64,000 bases of DNA from an uncultured archaeon (GCA_964549685.1 CAZJVE010000002.1:1-64000); one strand, 5' to 3'. Positions 18,638-29,297 are shown, counted from the stretch's first letter. Numbers and translations: made by a program. The notes: generated by a model from the sequence alone, not told the origin.

Positions 18638-21600
18638 AGCCCTCCATGCTTGACAGCTTCTCCTCCAGAATGGACTCCAGGCTGAAGCCCTGCCTCATCA
18701 TCGAGGCTATCTTATCTGCCAGTGATTTCCTCTTTAAGTTGATTTCATCAAGCTTCCTCTTCAGTTTATTGTCTTCATCCATGAGCTTACTCTTCTTTTC
18801 ATGGAGCCTGGCCTCGCTTTCCTCCAGCGCCCTGACACTCACCCCCCTGCTCGTTCTAACCTTGTTCAATTCACCCTCAAGCCTCCGAAGTTCTGTGCTG
18901 ATTTCATTGAACTTGACATTCATGGCTTCACTCTCCCCGACAATAACCTCTATCCGGTTATCTATCCCCGTCATCTCCTTCTCCAGAGCGGGGCCGGTCT
19001 TCATCATCTCCTCTATAGACTTGGAGAGTTCCGTTTTCTTCCTTGTCATTATCTCCTGCCTGCTCTTGAGTCTCGCCTGCCTCTCAAGTATTTCTGCCCT
19101 CTTGTGCTTGATGGTCGTCCTCTGGGCCTGGATGCTCTTAAGCTCCTGGCTCTTGGAGACCTTCTCCCTCTCGACATCCTTCTCCTTGACATTAAGTTCG
19201 TTGATGCTGTTCCTTATCCCGCCGACTTTCTCCTTGAGAGCGGATAACTCCCGCTCCATGGCCTGCGATTTATCATCCATGTCCTTCATCTCCTTCTCCA
19301 GAGCGGGGCCGGTCTTCATCATCTCCTCGATGGGCTTGGAGAGTTCTGCTTTCTTCTTCGTCATTATCTCCAGCATGCTCTTGATTTTTGCCTGCTTCTC
19401 AAGGAAGCCGATTCTTACCTTCTGAACCTCGGTCCTCTGGGCCTGAACCGCACCAAATTCACCCTCGCTCTTATCCCTTTCCTGCCCGATGGAATCCCTT
19501 CTTGAATCCAGATTCTTGATGTCCTGCACAGCAACCCTGATTTTCTTTGCCAGGGCCGGTAGTTCATGTTTCATGGCGACGGATTCGGTTTCAAGCGCAC
19601 GAATCTCGGTCTCCAGACGGGATATCTCCTCCGAAACCGTTTTCTCCTCGGCAGAGGTGCTGTTTTTCTTGGCCTCGAGCCTCTGCATCTCCCCCTCAAC
19701 GTCGGACTTCCGACCGACAAGCACACTCTTTTCGGTCATGATATCGGCCTTCTGCTCCCTCACGCCCGCAATCTCGTTCTCTCTCTGGACCTTCTCCTGC
19801 TCGATGCCCTTCTCCCTTGCATCAAGCTCCACAATCTGCTGCTCCATCTCCTGAAGCCTAACGTCCAGTGCCGAAGAATCCTGATTGACGGACTGAATCG
19901 CCTCATCTACCTTCTCAAGCTCGGACTCCATAACGGAGCAGCTCTTCATAAGGTCTGTAAAACCGGCCTTTATCGTCCCTTTCTTATCCTCAAGCTCCCC
20001 AAGCTTTTTATTTATGTTCAGCCTCATGCCCGTGGCCTCGCTTTTCCGTTTCAGAACATTCTCCCTCTTTTCCTTGATATCAGAGAGACTCTTCTCTGCC
20101 CTGAATTTCTCCCCCTCGATGCTCTTCTCATTGGAACTAAGCTCCAAAACCTGCTGCCCTATCTCCTGCAGCCTGGTGTCCAGTGCCGAAAACTCCTTAT
20201 CGACGGACTGAATGCTATTCTCAATCCCTTCAAGCTCAGACCCCAGCTCTGAGCGGCTCTTCATAAGCCCTGCGAATTCTTTTTTAAGGACCTTCTTCCT
20301 GTCACCAAGCCCCGCAAGCCTTTCCTTTATCTCCGTCTCCCTGGAAAGGAATTCCTGCTTCTCCTTCTCTATCTTCTCCTTACTCAGCTTAATCTCTCCA
20401 ATCTCGTTCTCCTTATTGACCTTCTCCTGCTCGATGCCTTTTTCCGTGTTCTCAAGTTCCACAATCTGCTGCTCAAGGCCATTTATATTATCCTCCAGCG
20501 GATGCAACCCATCCTCGTTCGCCTTTAGTTTCTTCTCTATCTTTTCAAGAGCCTCCACAAAGACCTGCTCCTTGGCGACTATCGCTTTCTTTTCAGCTTC
20601 CTCTTCCAGTGCAGTTTCTTCCCCTCCGACCCCCTTAATCTTCTCATTCAACCCGGTTTTCTTGACTTCAAGCTCCCGTATGTCCTCCTCTATCTCCGAC
20701 TTCCTCTCAAGGAGTGCGTCCCTCTCGCTCAGAATCTTGGCCTTCTGCTCCCTCACGCCCGCAATCTCGTTCTCTCTCTGGACCTTCTCCTGCTCGATGC
20801 CTTTCTCCCTTGCATCAAGCTCTACAATCTGCTGCTCCATCTCCTGCAGCCTAACGCCAAGGTTAGAGAATTCCTGGTTAATCGACCGGATGTTGCCGTC
20901 AGCATTCTTGAGTTCAGACTCCAGGACAGAGCGCTTCTTCTTAAGCTCGGCAAACCCGGCTTTGATATCCCTTCTCTTATCTGCAAGCACCCCGAGCCTT
21001 TCCTTTATGCCCTGCATCAGGGCCGTAGCCTCCTCCCTTTTGCTTACAATCTCCGCCTTTCTCTGCTTGATTTCAGAGAGTTCCGTTTCTCTGCGAACCC
21101 TATCCCTGTCAATGCTCTCCCCCTTGATATCAAGCCTGTCAATCTGTTGCCCGAGTTCCTCTATCTCTTCGTTCAGGGACGAGAACTCCTGATTCAGTGA
21201 CCTAATCTCTTCATCGACGCCGTTTAATTCGGACTCTATATTGGAAATCTCTTCCGATACGGTCTTGTTTCTCATGAGCAGGCCCTTCTTGTTGGTCTCG
21301 AGCCCCTTCATATCCTCCTCTATCTCCGACTTCCGTTTCTGAAGGGCGCCCCTATTGCTCAGAATCTTGGCCTTCTGCCCCCTCACACCCGCAATCTCGT
21401 TCTCCTTATTGACCTTCTCCTGCTCGATGCCCTCCTCCCTGCTCTCAAGCCCCCGGATTTTTTCATTTACTTCCTCAACCTCTTTCTCCAGCGATGAAAC
21501 CTTATCCTGAATGCCCTTCAACTCCTTTTCGATTTTGCTGAGCCCGGTTTTCACCTCAACCTGTTTTGTGTTCAGGCCGTCAAGCTCGTTCCTCAGGGTG

Positions 21601-23624
21601 TTCTTCCTGTCACCAAGCCCCGCAAACCTTTCCTTCATCTCCGTCTCCCTGGAAAGGAAGTCATGCTTCTTCTTTACAACCCCCTCCCTACTCTGCCTAA
21701 TCTCGGAGAGCACCTTTTCCTTCTGGACCCTTTCCTGCTCGATGCCCTTCTCCCTGGATTTAAGCTCCTCGACCTGCTGCCCTATCTTCTGCAGCTTATC
21801 ATCTAGCAAAGAAAACTCCCGATTGACGGACTGGCTCTCCTTATCAACTCCATCAAGCTCGGACTCCAGGGCAGAGCGGTTCTTCATGAGGTTTGAGAAT
21901 TCCTTCCTCAGCACCCCTCTCCGGTCACCAAACCCCGCAAGTTTTTCCTTTATCTCTGTCTCATCGGCAATGAAGTCCTGCTTCTTCTTTATAGTCTCCT
22001 CCCTACTATATTCAATCTCGGAGAGCGCCTTTTCCTTCTGGACCCTTTCCTGCTCGATGCCCTTCTCCCTGGATTTAAGCTCCTCGACCTGCTGCCCTAT
22101 CTTCTGCAGCTTATCATCTAGCAAAGAAAACTCCCGATTGACGGACTGGCTCTCCTTATCAACTCCATCAAGCTCGGACTCCAGGGCAGAGCGGTTCTTC
22201 ATGAGGTCTGAGAATTCCTTCCTCAGCACCCTCTTCCTGTCACCAAGCCCCGCAAGCCTTTCCTTTATCTCCGTCTCCCTGGAAAGAAATTCCTGCTTCT
22301 TCTTTACAGTCTCCTCCCTGCCCTGCTTAATCTCGGAGAGCGCCTTTTCCTTCTGGGTTCTTTCCTGTGTTGTGTTTGCCTCATTCGCCTCAAGCACCTG
22401 TATCTCCTTTTTCAGATTGCCTGTTTTTTCTTCCAGCGATGAAACCTCCCCCCTGGTTTTTTTGGAGGACTCCTTTATCCTCTTGAGTTGTGATTCTAAT
22501 TCCGCTATTGACTTATCCTCCTGGGATATCTCCTTCAGCAGCTCGACCTCCCTGAATAGTTTAATCTTTCTCTCATGTTCTTCTTTTATTTCCTCAGGGG
22601 TCTTTTTTAATTCCTCCGCCTCCCTTTTCCTTTCCTCCTCTTCCTTACGCTTTATATCCGCTAACTCATCATCCCTCTTTTTTAGCTCCTCCTCTATTTT
22701 CTTGAACCTGTCCTCGGTTTCCTTTCTCTTCAGCCCCTCCTCCTCTCTAATCCTCTTCAGCTCCGCCTCCCTTTTCCTTGCCTCTTCCTCTAACTTTTTC
22801 CTCCTAAGCCCCTCCTCCTCTCTAATCCTCTTCAACTCCTCCTCTTTTTCCCTTGCCTCTTCCTCTAACTTTTTCCTCCTAAGCTCCTCTTCCTCTCTGA
22901 TTCGCTTCAACTCCTGCTCCTTCTTCCTCACTTCCTCCTCAGCCTTCCTCTTTGCTTCGCCCTCTAATTTTTTCCTCCTCAACTCTTCCTCCCTTCTCCT
23001 CAGCTCCGATTCCCTTCTCCTCAACTCTCCATCTGCCTTCTCTCTGGCCAGTCCATCGTCCCTTTTTATCTTGTCCAGCTCCTCACCCTTTTCCTTCAGA
23101 ACAGCCCCGACGGGTTCCTCCTTCAATTCGCCCCCCTTCAGCCTCTCTTCTACCCTGGCCTTCTGGCGTCTCTCCTCCTCTGCCTTTTTGAGCGCCTCCA
23201 GCTGCTTCTTTCTCGTCTCATCAACCGGATATTTATGTGTCGGCGCAACCTGCGTGGTTTCTATAACCCCTTCGCGTCTTTTCTTGGCAATCTTCTTCTT
23301 CATGACGCCCAGAAGCCTATCCACTCTCTCGGCCTCCTCAACCTCCTCGGCCGTTTTCTTCTTCAGGGTTTCATCCACGTGCTTGATAGCCTGTTCCGGA
23401 GAAATAGCCTCCCTCAGCTTCTTACCCTTCTTGAGAATCTTATCCCCTACAATGGAGTAGTGAATCTCTATAATCTCGTGTTCCACCAGAATCTTTGCCA
23501 GTTCTTCAGTAGTCTTTTCATCCAACCCAAGAATCTTTCCAGCATCAGCTAACTTAATCTCTCCCCTTTTGCTCACAAGCGCTACAAGCTTGTCAAGACC
23601 GGTCTTTATCTTACTCTTTGGCAT
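18609..23624 (-). CDS. Giant coiled-coil protein (1671 aa) with N-terminal wHTH-like domain; no ATPase head
   Basis: Continuous heptads, 105-aa repeats, E/K/R-rich segment; no Walker A/B, TM segment or signal peptide. Confidence 0.85.
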   Translation of the reverse strand: MPKSKIKTGLDKLVALVSKRGEIKLADAGKILGLDEKTTEELAKILVEHEIIEIHYSIVGDKILKKGKKLREAISPEQAIKHVDETLKKKTAEEVEEAERVDRLLGVMKKKIAKKRREGVIETTQVAPTHKYPVDETRKKQLEALKKAEEERRQKARVEERLKGGELKEEPVGAVLKEKGEELDKIKRDDGLAREKADGELRRRESELRRREEELRRKKLEGEAKRKAEEEVRKKEQELKRIREEEELRRKKLEEEAREKEEELKRIREEEGLRRKKLEEEARKREAELKRIREEEGLKRKETEDRFKKIEEELKKRDDELADIKRKEEEERKREAEELKKTPEEIKEEHERKIKLFREVELLKEISQEDKSIAELESQLKRIKESSKKTRGEVSSLEEKTGNLKKEIQVLEANEANTTQERTQKEKALSEIKQGREETVKKKQEFLSRETEIKERLAGLGDRKRVLRKEFSDLMKNRSALESELDGVDKESQSVNREFSLLDDKLQKIGQQVEELKSREKGIEQERVQKEKALSEIEYSREETIKKKQDFIADETEIKEKLAGFGDRRGVLRKEFSNLMKNRSALESELDGVDKESQSVNREFSLLDDKLQKIGQQVEELKSREKGIEQERVQKEKVLSEIRQSREGVVKKKHDFLSRETEMKERFAGLGDRKNTLRNELDGLNTKQVEVKTGLSKIEKELKGIQDKVSSLEKEVEEVNEKIRGLESREEGIEQEKVNKENEIAGVRGQKAKILSNRGALQKRKSEIEEDMKGLETNKKGLLMRNKTVSEEISNIESELNGVDEEIRSLNQEFSSLNEEIEELGQQIDRLDIKGESIDRDRVRRETELSEIKQRKAEIVSKREEATALMQGIKERLGVLADKRRDIKAGFAELKKKRSVLESELKNADGNIRSINQEFSNLGVRLQEMEQQIVELDAREKGIEQEKVQRENEIAGVREQKAKILSERDALLERKSEIEEDIRELEVKKTGLNEKIKGVGGEETALEEEAEKKAIVAKEQVFVEALEKIEKKLKANEDGLHPLEDNINGLEQQIVELENTEKGIEQEKVNKENEIGEIKLSKEKIEKEKQEFLSRETEIKERLAGLGDRKKVLKKEFAGLMKSRSELGSELEGIENSIQSVDKEFSALDTRLQEIGQQVLELSSNEKSIEGEKFRAEKSLSDIKEKRENVLKRKSEATGMRLNINKKLGELEDKKGTIKAGFTDLMKSCSVMESELEKVDEAIQSVNQDSSALDVRLQEMEQQIVELDAREKGIEQEKVQRENEIAGVREQKADIMTEKSVLVGRKSDVEGEMQRLEAKKNSTSAEEKTVSEEISRLETEIRALETESVAMKHELPALAKKIRVAVQDIKNLDSRRDSIGQERDKSEGEFGAVQAQRTEVQKVRIGFLEKQAKIKSMLEIMTKKKAELSKPIEEMMKTGPALEKEMKDMDDKSQAMERELSALKEKVGGIRNSINELNVKEKDVEREKVSKSQELKSIQAQRTTIKHKRAEILERQARLKSRQEIMTRKKTELSKSIEEMMKTGPALEKEMTGIDNRIEVIVGESEAMNVKFNEISTELRRLEGELNKVRTSRGVSVRALEESEARLHEKKSKLMDEDNKLKRKLDEINLKRKSLADKIASMMRQGFSLESILEEKLSSMEGYDEADSSGG
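18750..22400 (-). repeat. Intragenic 315-bp (105-aa, 15-heptad) tandem repeats of graded divergence
   Basis: ggactccagggcagagcggttcttcatgagg at 21861 and 22176; further recognisable copies near 19770, 20290, 20760 and 21380. Confidence 0.9.
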
Positions 23625-24519
23625 CTTTTAGATCATTCCCGGTTATCAGCCTATAGACCTCCAGGTACTTGTCCCTGGTCTTCATCACGATATCCTCGGG
23701 AAGTTCCGGTGCAGGGGGCTCCTTGTCCCAGTTGATTCCAAGGAGATAGTCCCTCACGAACTGCTTGTCAAAGCTCTTCTGTGCTCTCCCTGGGCAATAA
23801 TCGTCCATGGGCCAAAACCTCGACGAATCAGGGGTTAGAATCTCGTCAATCAGGATTAATTCCCCGTTCAGCAGACCGAATTCGAATTTCGTATCCGCTA
23901 TCATAACTCCTTTTGATTCCGCATAGGTCGTTGCCTGACTGTAAATCCCAAGAGTCGTCTTCCTGAGCCTGCCTCCTAGCTCATTCCCGATAATCTCATT
24001 CATCCTCTCCTCGCTGATGTTCTCATCATGGCCTGAAGATGCCTTTATTGCGGGAGTGAATATGGGTTCCGGCAGCTTTTCAGACTCGGTCAGCCCGGAG
24101 GGCAGCTCTATGCCACAAACGCTGCCCGTTTTCTGATACTCGGCCCACGCCGAACCGGAGAGATAGCCCCTGGCAACGCATTCTATGTCTATCCTCTCCG
24201 CCTTCTTAACCAGCATGCTCCTGCCCTCGAGAATTCCTTTGCTATCTTCTGAAACGCTGGGGAATTCATCGACATCGGCACTAATGAGATGGTTACCTAC
24301 AAAGCCCTTCGTATAATCGAACCAGAAAACGGACAATGCCGTAAGAACCGCCCCCTTCATCGGGATTCCCGTCGGCAAAACAGAATCAAAGGCAGAAATC
24401 CTATCAGTAGCAATAATCAGCAGTTTGTCCCCTAGGTCATAGATATCCCTAACCTTGCCCCTCTGGGAGAGCTTCAGCTCCTGAATCTCGGTGTTGAGAA
24501 TGATACCATCCATCATCAA
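23611..24519 (-). CDS. purC: SAICAR synthetase
   Basis: GKVRDIY, TDRISAFD, ADTKFEFG, DEILTPDSSRFW, SFDKQFVRD. Confidence 0.97.
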   Translation of the reverse strand: MMMDGIILNTEIQELKLSQRGKVRDIYDLGDKLLIIATDRISAFDSVLPTGIPMKGAVLTALSVFWFDYTKGFVGNHLISADVDEFPSVSEDSKGILEGRSMLVKKAERIDIECVARGYLSGSAWAEYQKTGSVCGIELPSGLTESEKLPEPIFTPAIKASSGHDENISEERMNEIIGNELGGRLRKTTLGIYSQATTYAESKGVMIADTKFEFGLLNGELILIDEILTPDSSRFWPMDDYCPGRAQKSFDKQFVRDYLLGINWDKEPPAPELPEDIVMKTRDKYLEVYRLITGNDLKDAKE

Positions 24520-24574
24520 TAATGATTTAGTGTAAACTACTATATCTCTATACTCTTGCCCCCCTGATAAACTC

Positions 24575-25858
24575 CTATACCTCTATATCCGCGCCGTTCG
24601 TAAGGACGTGGAGATTCTTGTTAATCTTATAGCCCTCCTCCACCGCGAGCTCTGCGTAACTGCTGCGCATGTCCATGTCCCCGTGGCATGGAATGATGTG
24701 CTCCGGTTTCAATAACTCCAGCATCCTCCTGTGGTCCTCCCTTGCAGCATGGCCGGAGACATGAACGTTGTCGAATATGCTGACGCCCTGGGACTTCAGC
24801 TTAGTCTCCAGGACGTACCTGCTGGCCGCGTTCAGCGGCCCCGGTATCGTCCTCGCGCAGAAGATAACCGAATCGTTATGCTCAAACCGAAATGGGAATT
24901 TGCCGTCGACCATCCTCGACAGTATTGACCTGTCCTCTCCCTGATGTCCCGTAACGATGAGGAGATAGTCCTCCTTATTGTTCCCTATATCGCTAAGGAA
25001 CCCTGCTATCGCCTTTGCCTTCGAGAACACGTTGGTGCCCTGTGGTAAATCCAGGATGTCGAATTTCTGCGCCAGCTTGGACTGCTTCCCCAAAGAACGG
25101 CCAAGAATGACGGGAGTTCTCCCGCTCTTCTCCGCCTGGTCGACTATGGACTGAACCCTTTCGATATGGGTCGAGAACGTCGTAGTCACAATCAAACCCT
25201 TGTCGATAAACTCCAGCACGTCCTTCAGCATCGTCCTTACGACATCCTCAGAAGGGGTCTTGCCCTCCTTTCTGACTCTGGTGGATTCCACTATCAATGC
25301 CTTTACGTTGCCGTTGCCAAGCTCTCTGAGCCGCTTGTAGTTCGTCCTCGCCAGCTGCGAATGGTCGTCAAATCTGAAATCCCCCGTATAGACAACATCC
25401 CCCTCCTTGGTATGCAGAACAACAACCGACGCATAGGGAATGGAGTGCGTAATCTCCACCAATTCTACCGTGATATCGTTCGACACCTCGTAGTCCTGCC
25501 CGTATTCGATGCCGTAGAAATCCCCCTGCTTGTACTCGGACCTTGCCATTTCCGTTACATAGGGGGTTGCAACTATCGGAACCCTCGGCTTATTCATGGG
25601 CAGTGCCCCGATATGGTCAAGATGCCCGTGGGAGAGAACCTGACAAGCCACGTTCTTCAGCCTGTCGGCATCCGGAATTATATCCATCCTCACAAGCTCT
25701 TCTTCGCTGCATCTTCTCACCATGTCAGAATCATCGTCATAAATCTGCAGCGTATCCAGCCGTATGCCGTTGTCTATGGCAATGGTCTTCTTATCCAGCG
25801 AAACCCCTGTCATGTTCCGTCCAACGGCCTTGTAGCCTCCCACGGCGGTAATCTTCAT
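24575..25858 (-). CDS. rnj: Ribonuclease J (beta-CASP metallo-beta-lactamase)
   Basis: VGGY.AVGRNMT, SHGHLDHIG, THSIP, GDFRFD, TGHQGE, HVSGHA, PCHG. Confidence 0.92.
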   Translation of the reverse strand: MKITAVGGYKAVGRNMTGVSLDKKTIAIDNGIRLDTLQIYDDDSDMVRRCSEEELVRMDIIPDADRLKNVACQVLSHGHLDHIGALPMNKPRVPIVATPYVTEMARSEYKQGDFYGIEYGQDYEVSNDITVELVEITHSIPYASVVVLHTKEGDVVYTGDFRFDDHSQLARTNYKRLRELGNGNVKALIVESTRVRKEGKTPSEDVVRTMLKDVLEFIDKGLIVTTTFSTHIERVQSIVDQAEKSGRTPVILGRSLGKQSKLAQKFDILDLPQGTNVFSKAKAIAGFLSDIGNNKEDYLLIVTGHQGEDRSILSRMVDGKFPFRFEHNDSVIFCARTIPGPLNAASRYVLETKLKSQGVSIFDNVHVSGHAAREDHRRMLELLKPEHIIPCHGDMDMRSSYAELAVEEGYKINKNLHVLTNGADIEV

Positions 25859-25913
25859 TTCACTTCCCCCTCTTGTTTTTTGTTATTTAGTTTAAAGTAG
25901 AATAAATACGTAA

Positions 25914-27077
25914 ATGGAGGACAGGACCGACCCCATCTGTGGCATGCAGGGCACCATAGAGAAACACGGCCACTGGTTCTGCAGCCAGATTTGCATTGAA
26001 AAGTGGGAAAAGGAGCAGGGAATCGAGCCAGAGAAGGAAGATAAGGAATTTTGTCCTAGCTGTGAAATTAAAGCCACCCCCTGGTACAAAGAAAAACTTT
26101 ATGTTTTCTCCGGAATCTTCGTTCTGCTGCTCATCATCAGCGCCAACGTAGACTTCCTCAACCCTCTATTCAGCGCCATGGCCGATTACATGGCCCTGAT
26201 ATGGTGGGCCATCCTGCTCGGTCTTCTCATTGGCGGCGTTATAGACTACTACGTCCCTCGCAGCTACATTTCCCGGTACCTCTCAAGGCCGGCGAAGCGG
26301 ACAATCCTCTATTCCGTAATCTTCGGCTTCCTGATGAGCGCATGCTCCCACGGAATCCTGGCCATAGCAATCCAGCTCTACAAGAAGGGCGCGTCCATTC
26401 CGGCAGTCATCGCCTTCCTGCTCGCCTCTCCATGGGCCAACCTCCCCGTAACGTTCCTGCTCTTCGGCTTCTTCGGGGTCAACAGGGCCCTAATGCTCGT
26501 CATCTCAGCAATAGCAATCGCCATAATAACCGGCTTCGTCTACCAGTTCCTCGACAACAGAAACATGATAGAGAAGAACATGAACTCCGAAAAGATAGAT
26601 GAAGAATTCTCCATCCTCGACGACGTGGCAAAGAGAATGAGCGGCTACGAATTCACAAAGAGCAACATTAGCAGCGCCCTTGCAGGAATCCTCTCCGGCT
26701 CATTCGCACTGGCAAAGATGGTCCTCTGGTGGATTCTCATCGGCATGATTCTCGCCTCCATTGCAAGGGCATTCGTTCCTACTCACCTTTTCATGACCTA
26801 CATGGGCCCCACCATCCTGGGGCTTGGAGTAACTCTCTTCTTCGCAACAATCATAGAAATCTGCTCTGAAGGCTCTTCGCCCCTTGCATTCGAAATCTTC
26901 CAGCAGACCGGGGCATTCGGGAACAGCTTCACCTTTCTCATGGCGGGAGTTGCAACGGACTACACCGAGGTCGGCCTGCTCTGGAGCAACATCGGGAAGA
27001 AGACGGCCATCATGCTGCCCCTGATAACGGTGCCCCAGATACTGGTGCTGGGGTATCTCTTCAACACAATTATTTAA
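25914..27077 (+). CDS. DUF318/ArsP-like permease with N-terminal YHS/TRASH-like metal-binding motif
   Basis: DPICGM...FCSQIC; SACSHG, FLLASPW, EICSEGSSP, FLMAG. Confidence 0.85.
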   Translation: MEDRTDPICGMQGTIEKHGHWFCSQICIEKWEKEQGIEPEKEDKEFCPSCEIKATPWYKEKLYVFSGIFVLLLIISANVDFLNPLFSAMADYMALIWWAILLGLLIGGVIDYYVPRSYISRYLSRPAKRTILYSVIFGFLMSACSHGILAIAIQLYKKGASIPAVIAFLLASPWANLPVTFLLFGFFGVNRALMLVISAIAIAIITGFVYQFLDNRNMIEKNMNSEKIDEEFSILDDVAKRMSGYEFTKSNISSALAGILSGSFALAKMVLWWILIGMILASIARAFVPTHLFMTYMGPTILGLGVTLFFATIIEICSEGSSPLAFEIFQQTGAFGNSFTFLMAGVATDYTEVGLLWSNIGKKTAIMLPLITVPQILVLGYLFNTII

Positions 27078-27149
27078 GCAAAGCGACAACTATTTAAGCA
27101 ACAAATGTCAAAGATAAAGTAGACAATATCGGGTGGCCTAACAATTAAC

Positions 27150-27587
27150 ATGAACAAAAAAGCTCTTTTCTATATCTCGGGCAAGAACGTGCAGCATGTG
27201 GGCTGCAGGCTTAAAGTCACCTCGAAATTAATCCACGATGGGTTCAAGAAGGGAGGGGCATTTAACATGCCTGACGGCAGAGTGGAGGTTGTTCTTGAGG
27301 GCGATGAAGGAGACATAGAAAGAGCGCACAAGGATATATCAGAGAACCTGGTTGACTGGCTCATAAATGACGCAGATGATGTTGACAAAGTAGTTGAGAA
27401 GATAGGCAACCCCGGCATTAAGGTTTCTGATCTGGAATATAATGACGACATTCTTGTTCTTGATATAGGGTTATTCAGCCATTCCCTTACCTTCGACCAG
27501 ATTTACAAGGGGGTCGATGTGTACAAAGGAGTGAATGAAGCCATCAAGGATCTAAGAGAAACCCTGAAAGAAATGAGAGAGGAATAA
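27150..27587 (+). CDS. Acylphosphatase-like protein with C-terminal extension
   Basis: ISGKNVQHVGCR and FNMPDGRVEVVLEG match GxVQGVGFR / NLPDGRVE. Confidence 0.75.
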   Translation: MNKKALFYISGKNVQHVGCRLKVTSKLIHDGFKKGGAFNMPDGRVEVVLEGDEGDIERAHKDISENLVDWLINDADDVDKVVEKIGNPGIKVSDLEYNDDILVLDIGLFSHSLTFDQIYKGVDVYKGVNEAIKDLRETLKEMREE

Positions 27588-28886
27588 TCACTCCATAACA
27601 TTCATAACCAATCCCGTTAGGGGCTTCGGGAAGAAATAGGTGGACTTCTGCGGCATCCTTGCCCTGGTCTTTGCAACCTCGCTGACCTGGCTCATTTTCG
27701 TGGGATTCAGGAACAGGGCAACTTCGTATTCCTTTTCATAGACGGCCTGTATCGCGGTCTCCCTGCTCTTGATGAACTTGATGCTCTCCTCGTACTTCAC
27801 GCTGCCGTCGTCCTTTACGCCGAATATCCCGTCTATTATGAGCGAATGAAGAATCACGGCATCCAATTCCTTCCATGCCCTTGGATTGCTACCGTCTATC
27901 CGGTCTATTATGGAGTCGTCCTTCAGCGTAAGGAGGTAATACTTGTTGGTTCCGGCATACAGCCCGAACGCACGCCCCTCACTCTTCTCCCACATGTGCT
28001 CGAACATCTTTCTTCTCTGGCTCAGTTCATCGCCATCGAACCTGAATACCTCCAGGTCGAAGTTCTCCAGCAGGCTGCTTTCAAGCTCCTGCTCATCCAT
28101 CTTCCGGACGTTCCTCAGCAGCCTGTGCGCCGGCAGGATTGATATTCCGCCCTCGTTCATGTCAACGAGGAGCATCATCACGTGCTTGTTCTTTCCGTCT
28201 CCCTCTTTGCTGTATTTCAATGCAGTCTCATAGCGGTGATGTCCATCAGCAATAAACAGGTCGAGCTCCTTCATCTCGGAAACCATGGCCTCAATTATTT
28301 TGTCGTCCTGAACCACCCAGAGGCCGTGGGTGATTCCCTCGTCATCGGCAAATCTGAGAACCGGCTCCCTCTTTACCTCCGTCTTCAGGATGGAATTTAT
28401 CCGGTTGTGCCTGTCGGAATAGACTGAGATGATGGGGCTTATGTTCGCCCTCACCGCCTTTATCAGCATGAACCGGTCCTCGCTGGGCTTCGGCAGCGTC
28501 CTCTCGTGAGGATATATGTGTCCCGACTCCAGGTCCTCAAGCCCAACAAGGCAGATGAAGCCCCTCATTATCTTCCTCTCCCCTGTAGGGAGAGAATACT
28601 CCTGCTCGTAGATGTAGAGGGAATTTTTTTCATCCCTTTTCAGAACCCCTTTACTCATCCATTCGTCAAGGAATTTCTTGGCTCTTGTATATTTGTTATT
28701 CTCATCGCTGTCGCCTTCCTCCTCCTTACCCAGCGACAGCTTGATTACGTTGTGCTCGGAATTGCTGTAATAGACTTCTCTCTCTTCATCCGAAATAACG
28801 TCATATGGCGGGGTCACTACCAGGCTCATATTACCCCTAACATCCTCGCCGTACCTGACACCCCTGAACGGAATGACTTCGACCAT
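27588..28886 (-). CDS. DUF1015 family protein
   Basis: PFRGVRY, PPYDVI, PHERT, IADGHHRYETA, MPQKSTYFFPK. Confidence 0.93.
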   Translation of the reverse strand: MVEVIPFRGVRYGEDVRGNMSLVVTPPYDVISDEEREVYYSNSEHNVIKLSLGKEEEGDSDENNKYTRAKKFLDEWMSKGVLKRDEKNSLYIYEQEYSLPTGERKIMRGFICLVGLEDLESGHIYPHERTLPKPSEDRFMLIKAVRANISPIISVYSDRHNRINSILKTEVKREPVLRFADDEGITHGLWVVQDDKIIEAMVSEMKELDLFIADGHHRYETALKYSKEGDGKNKHVMMLLVDMNEGGISILPAHRLLRNVRKMDEQELESSLLENFDLEVFRFDGDELSQRRKMFEHMWEKSEGRAFGLYAGTNKYYLLTLKDDSIIDRIDGSNPRAWKELDAVILHSLIIDGIFGVKDDGSVKYEESIKFIKSRETAIQAVYEKEYEVALFLNPTKMSQVSEVAKTRARMPQKSTYFFPKPLTGLVMNVME

Positions 28887-28921
28887 AACTCAAATAATAG
28901 AATGAGGCATTAATAATTGCC

Positions 28922-29296
28922 TCAGGACTTCCACAGCCCATGCACGCTGCAGTATTCCCTGGCCGTAACCTGCTCCGCCCTAATCTCGAATTCTGCCTCC
29001 GGCTGTTCGCCCGGCTTCAGAAATCTCCTGCACGACTTCCCGTCCGCTATTACCTCCACCCATTCTATGTAATGGGCGTCCTCCATCGGATGTGCAACTG
29101 AGCCGACCTTGACCTTTACTCCAGTCTCTGTCCTCTCTATTACGGGGACGTGCTTCTCCTTCCCCTCATCATCCGTCTTCTCCTCAAGCAATTGCATCGC
29201 CTGCCCGCAGCAGAAAAGCGCCCCGGCTCCGGCATGCAGGACCTCGACGATATTCGCACACAGGTCGCATTTATAGATTTGTTTTAACTCCGTCAT
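28922..29296 (-). CDS. dfx: Desulfoferrodoxin (2Fe superoxide reductase)
   Basis: [10 protein letters not shown]...CCG, EKHVP, HPM...HYIEW, CSVHGLW. Confidence 0.95.
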   Translation of the reverse strand: MTELKQIYKCDLCANIVEVLHAGAGALFCCGQAMQLLEEKTDDEGKEKHVPVIERTETGVKVKVGSVAHPMEDAHYIEWVEVIADGKSCRRFLKPGEQPEAEFEIRAEQVTAREYCSVHGLWKS

Positions 29297-29297
29297 T

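Noticed and set aside
18609-23624. Annotation as SMC/Rad50
   Set aside because: No Walker A or B, signature motif, hinge or CxxC hook is present.
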